A stretch of DNA of 64,000 nt from Octopus vulgaris (Eukaryota): assembly GCA_951406725.2 (NCBI GenBank), contig OX597819.1:28148001-28212000 (forward strand), written 5' to 3'. A program made the translations under genes and the position numbers. The notes under the pieces were generated by a model, which was given only the letters and a program-made list of their open reading frames with translations, had not been told where the DNA came from and made no database searches. This document shows, in pieces, positions 1 to 14,344 of this stretch (position 1 is its first letter; every line of letters begins with the position of its first letter).

Positions 1-1470
1 ACATAGATTTCATATGTAATAGATGCACAGAAATAGTTAGCATTAAAAGCATCTTTAAAATATATTCAGAAGGCTCTTTAGAAATAGTCAACAACTTCCA
101 TTGCCTAATCATGTGATCAAATTAGCAGTAGACACAAGGCTCTGAAAGTAGAGCAGTTAGAATAAGACTGAGATAAAAATGTTGGAAGAACTATTACTTC
201 TGCTGACAACAATGAATTGTCTCTCTTAGTGAAGGATAGATTGTATGGAGCTTGTGAACTAATTGCAATGCTGTACAGTAGTAGTGAATGCAGAAGTTGT
301 GCAAAAGCTACGAAAAAATCTAAATGGCACTCTGTTGGCTATGACGATGAGGGTTCCGGTTGATCTGATCAACGGAACAGCCTGCTCATGAAATTAACGT
401 GCAAATAGTAGTGCATTCCACAGACACATGTAACCTTAACATAATTCTCAGAGAGATGTAGCATGACACAGAATGTGACAAGGCTGACCCTTTGAAATAC
501 AGGCACTATTTATCTGAGTGGACTGAAGTAATGTGAAATAAAGTATCTTGCACAAGGACATAGTACACTGCTGGTTATTGATCTCATGGCTGTATGATTG
601 TGAGCCTAACTGCTAAGCCATGTGCCTTCACTACAAAGAACTAAAGTGGGCATGTTCCATTGGATGTGTAATGTTTATGTGCATGATTAACAGACCACAA
701 GTAAGTTGAGAGAAAATTAGGTATAAAAGTAATCAGATATAGTGTAAACGACTGAACTAATATAAACATGTGATACATATGGAGGACAACAGTGGGATAA
801 AAAGGTATCAAGAAATACAAGCAGATAGAACCAGTAGAGGGGAAACACTGAAGGGGACCTGAGAAGACATGGTGAAAGTTGATTTCAAAAGGCTGAATGT
901 CTAGAAAATAACAAAACACTACAAGTGGTGAAACCCATCCAATCCATGGAAAAACAAATGTAAAAATGATGACAACAATGATGATGACAATGAAAATGAT
1001 GATAATGATGATGATGGGGTGGGGATGATGATGTCCTCTATGAATGTGTGCAAATGTGTGTGCATGTCTGTAAGGTTTTTCCCTGTTATTATTTCCTTCC
1101 TTTAATGTTTTTCAAAATCCTAAACGTGGTCCACATGCATTATGTATGGCTTCTAACTAGTGATCTTTTTCCTTCAAATAATACTTAACCTCCACCTTCC
1201 AGATCATGCCCTAGCACCTTTCTCTCTTATTCTTTACTAGAACCCGAACAGCCTCCCTACATGTATACTAGTATACACACACACACATACACACATGCAT
1301 GTGTGTGTATTAAATATTTCTTTCTTCAAGATGTCAACTAACAGTAAACATTGGTTGGCTTGGTTTTGTTTATTTGTCAGTAGCTTCTACTAAATACATT
1401 AGATGGCAAACAGGAAAAATTTTCATAAGAGTTCAAGGAAATAGGAAATGAGAAAAGAAAAAGATTTTAA

Positions 1471-1869
1471 TCTTTATATATAAAAGTCAAGTTGTGTGTC
1501 TGTCTCCTACAATTTAGATTCCTAGCTACTCCCACATTTTGCGGTGCAGTTTAACCAAAACCGGGTATCTTATAGTTGTGATTCATATCGAGCCCTTCTG
1601 GGTATTAGCGCGCATCTACGATGAGTCTACGATTTAAAAAAAAATTTACCATCATTTTTTTCCATTTTAATGCATTTTTATCGCTATTATATAAGGGAAA
1701 TAACTCTCTAAAAATGTCTACGATGAGTCAACGATTTAAAAAAAAATTTACCATAATTTTTTTCCCATTTTTAATGCATTTTTTTGCTATTTTTTGGCTA
1801 TAACTCTCTAAAAATGCTTATATAGTTATTTCCCTTACAAACCCGAGCAACGCCGGGCAATACTGCTAG
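1471..1869 (+). mobile_element. Non-autonomous Helitron
   Basis: Starts with TC after an A (1470) and ends with the hairpin CCCGAGCAACGCCGGG plus CTAG followed by T. No TSD. Contains an internal ~100 bp direct repeat (about 1615-1815). Confidence 0.8.
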
Positions 1870-2056
1870 TTTGAAATAAAGAAATAGTATAAGTGTTGAC
1901 TACCTCATTATTACTTTTCCCAACTTTTGCCATCTCTAATGCTTTGGTCATGTGCCTGGTTATGCTGGCTTCCTGAGATTTGTTGAAATAATTACCGTTG
2001 AGTAATTTACTTATCCTATAAAAAGAAGTAGAAAAAAAATGCAGTTAATAACAGAT

Positions 2057-2455
2057 ATGGCTGTGTGGTAAGAAGCTTGCTTACCAAGCACATGGTTCTG
2101 GGTTCAATCCCACTGCATGGCACCTTGGGCAAGTGTCTTCTACTAAAGCCTCAGGCCGACCAAAGCCTTCTGAGTAGATTTGGTAGATGAAAACTGAAAG
2201 AAGCCTGTCGATACGTATATATATGTATATATTTATATGTGTGTGTCTGTTTGTGCCACCGCCATCACTTGACAACTGATACTGGTGTGTTTATTTCCCC
2301 ATAACTTAGTGGTTAGGCAAAAGTAATCAATAGAATAAGTATTTGAATTACATAGAATATGTCCTAGGGCCAATTTCTTTGACTAAAACCCTTCAAGGTG
2401 GTGCTCCAGCCTGGCTGCAGTCAAATAACTGAAACAAGTGAAAGAATGAAAGAAT
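2057..2455 (+). mobile_element. tRNA-derived CORE-type SINE with 3' segment
   Basis: A-box-like TGGCTGTGTGG, B-box-like GGTTCAATCC and CORE-like GCACCTTGGGCAAGTGTCTT. Related copies at about 19647, 28267 and 54606-54998 (-). Confidence 0.7.
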
Positions 2456-3864
2456 ATTGCAACAAATATTGGTATCAACATTTCAGAGAAGATAAGGCAG
2501 TGAGCTGGCAGAACTGTTAGCATGCTGGGTGGAATGCTTAGTGGTGTTTTGTCCATCTTCACATTCTGAGTTCAAATTCTGTCAAGGTTGGACTTTGCCG
2601 TTCATCCTTTCAAGGTCAATAAAATATGTACCAGTTGAGTACTGGAGTTGATGTAATCAACTTGACTCCTCCCTTGAAATTGCTGGCCTTGTACCAAACT
2701 TGGACATCAATATTTCAACATTTTAGAGAAGATAAGGCAGTGATCTGACAGAAATGTTAGCATGCTGGGCAAAATGCTTAGTGGCATTTCATCTGTCCTT
2801 ACATTCTGAGTTCAAATTCCGCAAAGGTTGACCTTGCTTTTCATCATTGATAAAATAAGTACCAGTTAATCACAGGGGCACAAAGCCACCTCCCTCAATA
2901 CTACACTCCACTCCCAGTCAGGGAGAGTTTATCTTGTCTTGCAAGTTACTTGGGGACTTTGCTGGTGCCATGAAGAAAGCACCAAGTACATACAGTAAAG
3001 TGGTTGACACTAGGAAGAACATCCAACTGTAGAAACCAAGCCAAAAGAGACAACAAAACTTGGCATAGCTCTCTGGCTTACCAGCTCTTGTCAAACCATT
3101 CAGCCCATGCCAGTATAGAGAATGGATACTAAATAATGATGATGATAACAATAACACACACACAATGGGCTTCTATACAGTTACCATGTGCTAAATTTAC
3201 ATAGAATGCATTGGTCAGCCTGAAGATATTGTGGAAGACACTTGTTCAAGTTTCACATGGTGAAATGGAACCTAAAATCTCATAATTGTGTGTGTTTGTG
3301 CCCACACTGTAAAGTGGTTGGTATTTGAAAGGGCATCCAGCTGTAAAAATCATGCCAAAACTAACCTTGCTTGTGCTGGTGCCATGTACAAAGCACTCAG
3401 TTAGCACTGCAGAGTGGTTGATGTTAGAAAGGGTATCCAGCTGAATAACCCTGCCAAAAGAGACTCAGTAGCCTAGGGAAGTCTTCTACCTGGCCCACTC
3501 CTGTCAAATTGTTCAGCCCATGCCTGTATGGAAGGCGGACATTAAACGATAATGATAATGATATCTGTGTTTGTGCCTCTATTAAACTAGGTGTAAACAA
3601 ATTGAAATAACTGCTCTCTTTAAGCTAGATACTTAACTTCATTTTGAATAAATTGAAAAGAATAAAATAAAACAGCAACTATAATAAAAAATTTATGTGT
3701 TGGTGTCACCTCGCCCTCTCTAATATCCCCTCCCCACACACACACACACACACTTTTAATCATGAGAGGTTTTGTCTTTTTTATTCTTTTCTGTTTAGCA
3801 ATTCATGAGGTAGCCTCATAAATGCTAGTCACAGTGACAGCAGTATGCATGGTTGTTCTTAAAT

Positions 3865-5660
3865 ACAAAGAAGCTCCCCGGTGAAGAATGTACTCCTGCC
3901 AGAATAGACTAGTTGTTAGTGACTTTAGACTCGAAGCCAGAAGGATGCCAAAAAGAAGACCAATCTGGAAAAGAAGGACTTGGAATCTTAAGAACCCTTC
4001 ACAAGGTCAGAGATTTAGGGATATCCTTACCAAGAAATTTGATAATAGGGAGGAGGAGCTACAGTCCTGTGACATAGAAGGCAGCTTGGAATTCCTGTGA
4101 GACAGTTTGCTAAGCACCACAGACCAAATCTGTGGCTGGTGCAAAGTCTCTTCCAGACCTAGGGTAAACTGGTGCTGGAACAATACCATAGACAGGGCCA
4201 TTAGAGCAAAGAAACAGGTCTGGAAGCCCTAGAAGAGTGCGAGTAGCAGGAGACTGTATAAGATAGTCAAAAGGGAAGCTAGGAAACAGGTATATATAGC
4301 AAAGGTAGTAGCAGAAAAGAAGTTTGCCAATGTTCAGTGGCATGAGGACCAAAGAACTGAAGCATTTCGGATTGCAAGACAGTGTGTGAGAGAAAACTGT
4401 GATGTCATTGGAGAGAAATGTGTCTGCATGGATGATGGTGCCCTTGTGTTTAATGATTCTGCAAAGAAACAGGCTTGGAGATGCCATTATGAAAGACTGC
4501 TGAATGTGGAGAATGAATGAGAGGAGGAAACACTGCTAAAGGTTGGCCTGATTGAGGGACCAGATACCTGAATCAACAGTATCCTGGTAGATAAAGCAAT
4601 CAAAGACATGAAGACAGGGAAAGCACCTGGCCCATCAAGAATCACTGCTGAGCTGCTTAAAATACCAGGCAGTGTGGGTTATGGTCTTGTCACCTGCATT
4701 GTAAATCAGATAGTCCATAAAGAAGTCATACCCAATGACTGGTGTAACAGCATCATAATCAACTGCTATAAAGGTAAAGGTGATGCTTTAGATAGAAATA
4801 ACTGTGGGTACCAAATTATTGGATCAGGTGATGAAAGTTACAGAGAGGGTTATAGCCCAACTAATTAGGCAGAGAGTTAGCCTAGATGAAATGCTGTTTG
4901 GGTTTGTGCCAAGTAGAAGCACCACTGATGCTATATTTCTGGTAAGGCAACTGCAGGAGAAATACCTAGCAAAAGATAAACCTCTGTACTTGGCTTTTGT
5001 TGACTTGGAGAAAGCCTTTGACAGGGTCCCCCGATCCCTTATCTGGTGGTCAATGTGGAAACTGGGGAGAGATGAGTGGTTGGTGAGAGCTGTACAAGCC
5101 CTGTACAGGGATGTTGTCAGTAAGGTGAGGGTTGGCGATGAGTAGAGTGAAGAATTCCGAGTAGAAGTAGGGGTTCACCAAGGATCAGTCCTCAGCCCCC
5201 TCTTATTCATTATAGTCCTCCGAGGAATTCAAGACAGGATACCCCTGGGAGCTCCTCTATGTTGATGACCTTGCTCTAATAGCTGAGTCACTACCAGAAC
5301 TAAAGATGAAGTTTAGAGTGTGGAAGCAAGGTCTAGAATTGAAGGGCCTTAGGGTTAACCTAGCAAAAACCAAAGTTTTGATAAGTAGGAAGGCTGTCAA
5401 ATCACAAACTCCTTCAGGTAGAGGGCCCTGCTCGATCTGTAAAAAATGCATGGGTAGAAACTCCATACGATGTACCCAGTGTAAGCTATGGACACATAAA
5501 AGGTGCAGCAATATCAAAGGAAGGTTAACCAGGAAGATAGTTTTTGTGTGTGGCAGATGCACACAGGCAATAAACACTGAAGATGTACAGAAAGCAGATT
5601 CCATCACACGCCAGGGGGAAAAAACTAGAAGTAGTTGATAGCTTCCATTACCTAGACGAC
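3865..5660 (+). pseudogene. Decayed RTE-clade LINE ORF (endonuclease end plus reverse transcriptase with PHD-like insert), array copy 1
   Basis: Motifs MKTGKAPGPS, LAFVDLEKAFDRVPR, GVHQGSVLSPLLF, LLYVDDL and LEVVDSFHYL, broken by stops and frameshifts. Confidence 0.92.
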
Positions 5661-7356
5661 CACCTAACACATAACAGAAAAAAATGCACCCTTGACTAAA
5701 TGGGATTTGGCGTTGGAGAGAGGGAGCTGGCTTTATGCCAGGTGCTGAGAAGTTAAAGCATGATAGTGGGACAGGGACAGGTTCCTTGCTATATATAAGA
5801 TACATGGTTAGCTTGCAAAGATGGGTGACAGTAGCTGGAAAGAAAGATACATGGTGATGAGGTATCAGGACTGTCAGGACAGAGAAAGATGAGTAGAAAA
5901 GAGAATAGATACAGAGGCTCAGGAATGGTGGGGATAGGGGGATAATTTGCAAAAGTGTTTGAAGAGACTGACAGATGGTTAGAGATGGAGGTAGTGGGGT
6001 ACGTAGTGAATGGTTAACAAAAGTAGAGGGTTGTCAATGGTGAATATGAGTTTGATAAGAAAGGTGAAAGAAAATTCTGTCAAGGTTGGACTTTGCCGTT
6101 CATCCTTTCAAGGTCAATAAAATAAGTACCAGTTGAGTACTGGAGTTGATGTAATCAACTTGACTCCTCCCTTGAAATTTCTGGCCTTGTACCAAACTTG
6201 GACATCAATATTTCAATATTTTAGAGAAGATAAGGCAGTGATCTGGCAGAAATGTTAGCATGCTGGGCAAAATGCTTAGTGGCATTTCATCTGTCCTTAC
6301 ATTCTGAGTTCAAATTCCGCAAAGGTTGACCTTGCCTTTCATCGTTGATAAAATAAGTACCAGTTGATCACAGGGGCACAAAGCCACCTCCCTCAATACT
6401 ACACTCCACTCCCAGTCAGGGAGAGTTTATCTTGTCTTGCAAGTTACTTGGGGACTTTGCTGGTGCCATGAAGAAAGCACCAAGTACATACAATAAAGTG
6501 GTTGACACTAGGAAGAACATCCAACTGAAGAAACCAAGCCAAAAAAGACAACAAAACTTGGCATAGCTCTCTGGCTTACCAGCTCTTGTCAAACCATTCA
6601 GCCCATGCCAGTATAGAGAATGGATACTAAATAATGATGATGATAACAATAACACACACACAATGGGCTTCTATACAGTTACCATGTGCTAAATTTACAT
6701 AGAATGCATTGGTCAGCCTGAAGATATTGTGGAAGACACTTGTTCAAGTTTCACATGGTGAGATGGAACCTAAAATCTCATAATTGTGTGTGTTTGTGCC
6801 CACACTGTAAAGTGGTTGGTATTTGAAAGGGCATCCAGCTGTAAAAATCATGCCAAAACTAACCTTGCTTGTGCTGGTGCCACGTACAAAGCACTCAGCA
6901 CTGCAGAGTGGTTGGTGTTAGAAAGGGTATCCAGCTGAATAACCTTACCAAAAGAGACACAGTAGCTTAAAGAAGTCTTCTACCTGGCCCACTCCTGTCA
7001 ATTTGTTCAGCCCATGCCTGTATGGAAGGCAGACATTAAACGATAATGATGATGATATCTGTGTTTGTGCCTCTATTAAACTAGGTGTAAACAAATTGAA
7101 ATAACTGCTCTCTTTAAGCTAGATACTTAACTTCCTTTTAAATAAATTGAAAAGAATAAAATAAAACAGCAACTATAATAAAAAATTTATGTGTTGGTGT
7201 CACCTCGCCCTCTCTAATATCCCCTCCCCACACACACACACACACTTTTAATCATGAGAGGTTTTGTCTTTTTTATTCTTTTCTGTTTAGCAATTTATGA
7301 GGTAGCCTCATAAATGCTAGTCACAGTGACAGCAGTATGCATGGTTGTTCTTAAAT

Positions 7357-9152
7357 ACAAAGAACTCCCCGGTGAAGAATGTACTCCTGCCAGAATAGAC
7401 TAGTTGTTAGTGACTTTAGACTCGAAGCCAGAAGGATGCCAAAAAGAAGACCAATCTGGAAAAGAAGGACTTGGAATCTTAAGAACCCTTCACAAGGTCA
7501 GAGATTTAGGGATATCCTTACCAAGAAATTTGATAATAGGGAGGAGGAGCTACAGTCCTGTGACATAGAAGGCAGCTTGGAATTCCTGTGAGACAGTTTG
7601 CTAAGCACCACAGACCAAATCTGTGGCTGGTGCAAAGTCCCTTCCAGACCTAGGGTAAACTGGTGCTGGAACAATACCATAGACAGGGCCATTAGAGCAA
7701 AGAAACAGGTCTGGAAGCCCTAGAAGAGTGCGGGTAGCAGGAGACTGTATAAGATAGTCAAAAGGGAAGCTAGGAAACAGGTATATATAGCAAAAGTAGT
7801 AGCAGAAAAGAAGTTTGCCAATGTTCAGTGGCATGAGGACCAAAGAACTGAAGCATTTCGAATTGCAAGACAGTGTGTGAGAGAAAACTGTGATGTCATT
7901 GGAGAGAAATGTGTCTGCATGGATGATGGTGCCCTTGTGTTTAATGATTCTGCAAAGAAACAGGCTTGGAGATGCCATTATGAAAGACTGCTGAATGTGG
8001 AGAATGAATGAGAGGAGGAAACACTGCTAAAGGTTGGCCTGATTGAGGGACCAGATACCTGAATCAACAGTATCCTGGTAGATAAAGCAATCAAAGACAT
8101 GAAGACAGGGAAAGCACCTGGCCCATCAGGAATCACTGCTGAGCTGCTTAAAATACCAGGCAGTGTGGGTTATGGTCTTGTCACCTGCATTGTAAATCAG
8201 ATAGTCCATAAAGAAGTCATACCCAATGACTGGTGTAACAGCATCATAATCAACTGCTATAAAGGTAAAGGTGATGCTTTAGATAGAAATAACTGTGGGT
8301 ACCAAATTATTGGATCAGGTGATGAAAGTTACAGAGAGGGTTATAGCCCAACTAATTAGGCAGAGAGTTAGCCTAGATGAAATGCTGTTTGGGTTTGTGC
8401 CAAGTAGAAGCACCACTGATGCTATATTTCTGGTAAGGCAACTGCAGGAGAAATACCTAGCAAAAGATAAACCTCTGTACTTGGCTTTTGTTGACTTGGA
8501 GAAAGCCTTTGACAGGGTCCCCCGATCCCTTATCTGGTGGTCAATGTGGAAACTGGGGAGAGATGAGTGGTTGGTGAGAGCTGTACAAGCCCTGTACAGG
8601 GATGTTGTCAGTAAGGTGAGGGTTGGCGATGAGTAGAGTGAAGAATTCCGAGTAGAAGTAGGGGTTCACCAAGGATCAGTCCTCAGCCCCCTCTTATTCA
8701 TTATAGTCCTCCGAGGAATTCAAGACAGGATACCCCTGGGAGCTCCTCTATGTTGATGACCTTGCTCTAATAGCTGAGTCACTACCAGAACTAAAGATGA
8801 AGTTTAGAGTGTGGAAGCAAGGTCTAGAATTGAAGGGCCTTAGGGTTAACCTAGCAAAAACCAAAGTCTTAATAAGTAGGAAGGCTGTCAAATCACAAAC
8901 TCCTTCAGGTAGAGGGCCCTGCTCGATCTGTAAAAAACGTGTGGGTAGAAACTCCATACAATGTACCCAGTGTAAGCTATGGACACATAAAAGGTGCAGC
9001 AATATCAAAGGAAGGTTAACCAGGAAGATAGTTTTTGTGTGTGGCAGATGCACACAGGCTATAAACACTGAAGATGTACAGAAAGCAGATTCCATCACAC
9101 GCCAGGGGGAAAAAACTAGAAGTAGTTGATAGCTTCCATTACCTAGACGACC
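7357..9152 (+). pseudogene. Decayed RTE LINE, array copy 2
   Basis: Near-identical to copy 1 (ORFs at 8099, 8295, 8797). Confidence 0.92.
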
Positions 9153-10848
9153 ACCTAACACATAACAGAAAAAAATGCACCCTTGACTAAATGGGATTTG
9201 GCGTTGGAGAGAGGGAGCTGGCTTTATGCCAGGTGCTGAGAAGTTAAAGCATGATAGTGGGACAGGGACAGGTTCCTTGCTATATATAAGATACATGGTT
9301 AGCTTGCAAAGATGGGTGACAGTAGCTGGAAAGAAAGATACATGGTGATGAGGTATCAGGACTGTCAAGACAGAGAAAGATGAGTAGAAAAGAGAATAGA
9401 TACAGAGGCTCAGGAATGGTGGGATAGGGGGATAACTTGCAAAAGTGTTAGAAGAGACTGACAGATGGTTAGAGATGGAGGTAGTGGGGTACGTAGTGAA
9501 TGGTTAACAAAAGTAGAGGGTTGTCAATGGTGAATATGAGTTTGATAAGAAAGGTGAAAGAAAATTCTGTCACGGTTGAACTTTGCCGTTCATCCTTTCA
9601 AGGTCAATAAAATAAGTACCAGTTGAGTACTGGAGTTGATGTAATCAACTTGACTCCTCCCTTGAAATTTCTGGCCTTGTACCAAACTTGGACATCAATA
9701 TTTCAATATTTTAGAGAAGATAAGGCAGTGATCTGGCAGAAATGTTAGCATGCTGGGCAAAATGCTTAGTGGCATTTCATCTGTCCTTACATTCTGAGTT
9801 CAAATTCCGCAAAAGTTGACCTTGCCTTTCATCGTTGATAAAATAAGTACCAGTTGATCACAGGGGCACAAAGCCACCTCCCTCAATACTACACTCCACT
9901 CCCAGTCAGGGAGAGTTTATCTTGTCTTGCAAGTTACTTGGGGACTTTGCTGGTGCCATGAAGAAAGCACCAAGTACATACAATAAAGTGGTTGACACTA
10001 GGAAGAACATCCAACTGAAGAAACCAAGCCAAAAAAGACAACAAAACTTGGCATAGCTCTCTGGCTTACCAGCTCTTGTCAAACCATTCAGCCCATGCCA
10101 GTATAGAGAATGGATACTAAATAATGATGATGATAACAATAACACACACACAATGGGCTTCTATACAGTTACCATGTGCTAAATTTACATAGAATGCATT
10201 GGTCAGCCTGAAGATATTGTGGAAGACACTTGTTCAAGTTTCACATGGTGAGATGGAACCTAAAATCTCATAATTGTGTGTGTTTGTGCCCACACTGTAA
10301 AGTGGTTGGTATTTGAAAGGGCATCCAGCTGTAAAAATCATGCCAAAACTAACCTTGCTTGTGCTGGTGCCACGTACAAAGCACTCAGCACTGCAGAGTG
10401 GTTGGTGTTAGAAAGGGTATCCAGCTGAATAACCTTACCAAAAGAGACACAGTAGCTTAAAGAAGTCTTCTACCTGGCCCACTCCTGTCAAATTTGTTCA
10501 GCCCATGCCTGTATGGAAGGCAGACATTAAACGATAATGATGATGATATCTGTGTTTGTGCCTCTATTAAACTAGGTGTAAACAAATTGAAATAACTGCT
10601 CTCTTTAAGCTAGATACTTAACTTCCTTTTAAATAAATTGAAAAGAATAAAATAAAACAGCAACTATAATAAAAAATTTATGTGTTGGTGTCACCTCGCC
10701 CTCTCTAATATCCCCTCCCCACACACACACACACACTTTTAATCATGAGAGGTTTTGTCTTTTTTATTCTTTTCTGTTTAGCAATTTATGAGGTAGCCTC
10801 ATAAATGCTAGTCACAGTGACAGCAGTATGCATGGTTGTTCTTAAATA

Positions 10849-12644
10849 CAAAGAACCTCCCCGGTGAAGAATGTACTCCTGCCAGAATAGACTAGTTGTT
10901 AGTGACTTTAGACTCGAAGCCAGAAGGATGCCAAAAAGAAGACCAATCTGGAAAAGAAGGACTTGGAATCTTAAGAACCCTTCACAAGGTCAGAGATTTA
11001 GGGATATCCTTACCAAGAAATTTGATAATAGGGAGGAGGAGCTACAGTCCTGTGACATAGAAGGCAGCTTGGAATTCCTGTGAGACAGTTTGCTAAGCAC
11101 CACAGACCAAATCTGTGGCTGGTGCAAAGTCCCTTCCAGACCTAGGGTAAACTGGTGCTGGAACAATACCATAGACAGGGCCATTAGAGCAAAGAAACAG
11201 GTCTGGAAGCCCTAGAAGAGTGCGGGTAGCAGGAGACTGTATAAGATAGTCAAAAGGGAAGCTAGGAAACAGGTATATATAGCAAAAGTAGTAGCAGAAA
11301 AGAAGTTTGCCAATGTTCAGTGGCATGAGGACCAAAGAACTGAAGCATTTCGGATTGCAAGACAGTGTGTGAGAGAAAACTGTGATGTCATTGGAGAGAA
11401 ATGTGTCTGCATGGATGATGGTGCCCTTGTGTTTAATGATTCTGCAAAGAAACAGGCTTGGAGATGCCATTATGAAAGACTGCTGAATGTGGAGAATGAA
11501 TGAGAGGAGGAAACACTGCTAAAGGTTGGCCTGATTGAGGGACCAGATACCTGAATCAACAGTATCCTGGTAGATAAAGCAATCAAAGACATGAAGACAG
11601 GGAAAGCACCTGGACCATCAGGAATCACTGCTGAGCTGCTTAAAATACCAGGCAGTGTGGGTTATGGTCTTGTCACCTGCATTGTAAATCAGATAGTCCA
11701 TAAAGAAGTCATACCCAATGACTGGTGTAACAGCATCATAATCAACTGCTATAAAGGTAAAGGTGATGCTTTAGATAGAAATAACTGTGGGTACCAAATT
11801 ATTGGATCAGGTGATGAAAGTTACAGAGAGGGTTATAGCCCAACTAATTAGGCAGAGAGTTAGCCTAGATGAAATGCTGTTTGGGTTTGTGCCAAGTAGA
11901 AGCACCACTGATGCTATATTTCTGGTAAGGCAACTGCAGGAGAAATACCTAGCAAAAGATAAACCTCTGTACTTGGCTTTTGTTGACTTGGAGAAAGCCT
12001 TTGACAGGGTCCCCCGATCCCTTATCTGGTGGTCAATGTGGAAACTGGGGAGAGATGAGTGGTTGGTGAGAGCTGTACAAGCCCTGTACAGGGATGTTGT
12101 CAGTAAGGTGAGGGTTGGCGATGAGTAGAGTGAAGAATTCCGAGTAGAAGTAGGGGTTCACCAAGGATCAGTCCTCAGCCCCCTCTTATTCATTATAGTC
12201 CTCCGAGGAATTCAAGACAGGATACCCCTGGGAGCTCCTCTATGTTGATGACCTTGCTCTAATAGCTGAGTCACTACCAGAACTAAAGATGAAGTTTAGA
12301 GTGTGGAAGCAAGGTCTAGAATTGAAGGGCCTTAGGGTTAACCTAGCAAAAACCAAAGTTTTGATAAGTAGGAAGGCTGTCAAATCACAAACTCCTTCAG
12401 GTAGAGGGCCCTGCTCGATCTGTAAAAAATGCATGGGTAGAAACTCCATACAATGTACCCAGTGTAAGCTATGGACACATAAAAGGTGCAGCAATATCAA
12501 AGGAAGGTTAACCAGGAAGATAGTTTTTGTGTGTGGCAGATGCACACAGGCTATAAACACTGAAGATGTACAGAAAGCAGATTCCATCACACGCCAGGGG
12601 GAAAAAACTAGAAGTAGTTGATAGCTTCCATTACCTAGACGACC
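10849..12644 (+). pseudogene. Decayed RTE LINE, array copy 3
   Basis: Near-identical to copy 1 (ORFs at 11591, 11787, 12289). Confidence 0.92.
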
Positions 12645-14344
12645 ACCTAACACATAACAGAAAAAAATGCACCCTTGACTAAATGGGATTTGGCGTTGGA
12701 GAGAGGGAGCTGGCTTTATGCCAGGTGCTGAGAAGTTAAAGCATGATAGTGGGACAGGGACAGGTTCCTTGCTATATATAAGATACATGGTTAGCTTGCA
12801 AAGATGGGTGACAGTAGCTGGAAAGAAAGATACATGGTGATGAGGTATCAGGACTGTCAAGACAGAGAAAGATGAGTAGAAAAGAGAATAGATACAGAGG
12901 CTCAGGAATGGTGGGATAGGGGGATAACTTGCAAAAGTGTTAGAAGAGACTGACAGATGGTTAGAGATGGAGGTAGTGGGGTACGTAGTGAATGGTTAAC
13001 AAAAGTAGAGGGTTGTCAATGGTGAATATGAGTTTGATAAGAAAGGTGAAAGAAAATTCTGTCACGGTTGAACTTTGCCGTTCATCCTTTCAAGGTCAAT
13101 AAAATAAGTACCAGTTGAGTACTGGAGTTGATGTAATCAACTTGACTCCTCCCTTGAAATTTCTGGCCTTGTACCAAACTTGGACATCAATATTTCAATA
13201 TTTTAGAGAAGATAAGGCAGTGATCTGGCAGAAATGTTAGCATGCTGGGCAAAATGCTTAGTGGCATTTCATCTGTCCTTACATTCTGAGTTCAAATTCC
13301 GCAAAAGTTGACCTTGCCTTTCATCGTTGATAAAATAAGTACCAGTTGATCACAGGGGCACAAAGCCACCTCCCTCAATACTACACTCCACTCCCAGTCA
13401 GGGAGAGTTTATCTTGTCTTGCAAGTTACTTGGGGACTTTGCTGGTGCCATGAAGAAAGCACCAAGTACATACAATAAAGTGGTTGACACTAGGAAGAAC
13501 ATCCAACTGAAGAAACCAAGCCAAAAAAGACAACAAAACTTGGCATAGCTCTCTGGCTTACCAGCTCTTGTCAAACCATTCAGCCCATGCCAGTATAGAG
13601 AATGGATACTAAATAATGATGATGATAACAATAACACACACACAATGGGCTTCTATACAGTTACCATGTGCTAAATTTACATAGAATGCATTGGTCAGCC
13701 TGAAGATATTGTGGAAGACACTTGTTCAAGTTTCACATGGTGAGATGGAACCTAAAATCTCATAATTGTGTGTGTTTGTGCCCACACTGTAAAGTGGTTG
13801 GTATTTGAAAGGGCATCCAGCTGTAAAAATCATGCCAAAACTAACCTTGCTTGTGCTGGTGCCACGTACAAAGCACTCAGTTAGCACTGCAGAGTGGTTG
13901 ATGTTAGAAAGGGTATCCAGCTGAATAACCTTGCCAAAAGAGACTCAGTAGCCTAGAGAAGTCTTCTACCTGGCCCACTCCTGTCAAATTGTTCAGCCCA
14001 TGCCTGTATGGAAGGCGGACATTAAACGATAATGATAATGATATCTGTGTTTGTGCCTCTATTAAACTAGGTGTAAACAAATTGAAATAACTGCTCTCTT
14101 TAAGCTAGATACTTAACTTCATTTTGAATAAATTGAAAAGAATAAAATAAAACAGCAACTATAATAAAAAATTTATGTGTTGGTGTCACCTCGCCCTCTC
14201 TAATATCCCCTCCCCACACACACACACACACTTTTAATCATGAGAGGTTTTGTCTTTTTTATTCTTTTCTGTTTAGCAATTTATGAGGTAGCCTCATAAA
14301 TGCTAGTCACAGTGACAGCAGTATGCATGGTTGTTCTTAAATAC

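Noticed and set aside
5257-5952. 206-231 aa minus-strand ORFs repeated in the array
   Set aside because: These are antisense shadows of the RTE and adjacent repeat, with no recognisable domain.
1471-6071. Helitron read-through as the direct source of the array
   Set aside because: The repeated unit excludes the Helitron, and the breakpoints do not match its TC or CTAG termini.
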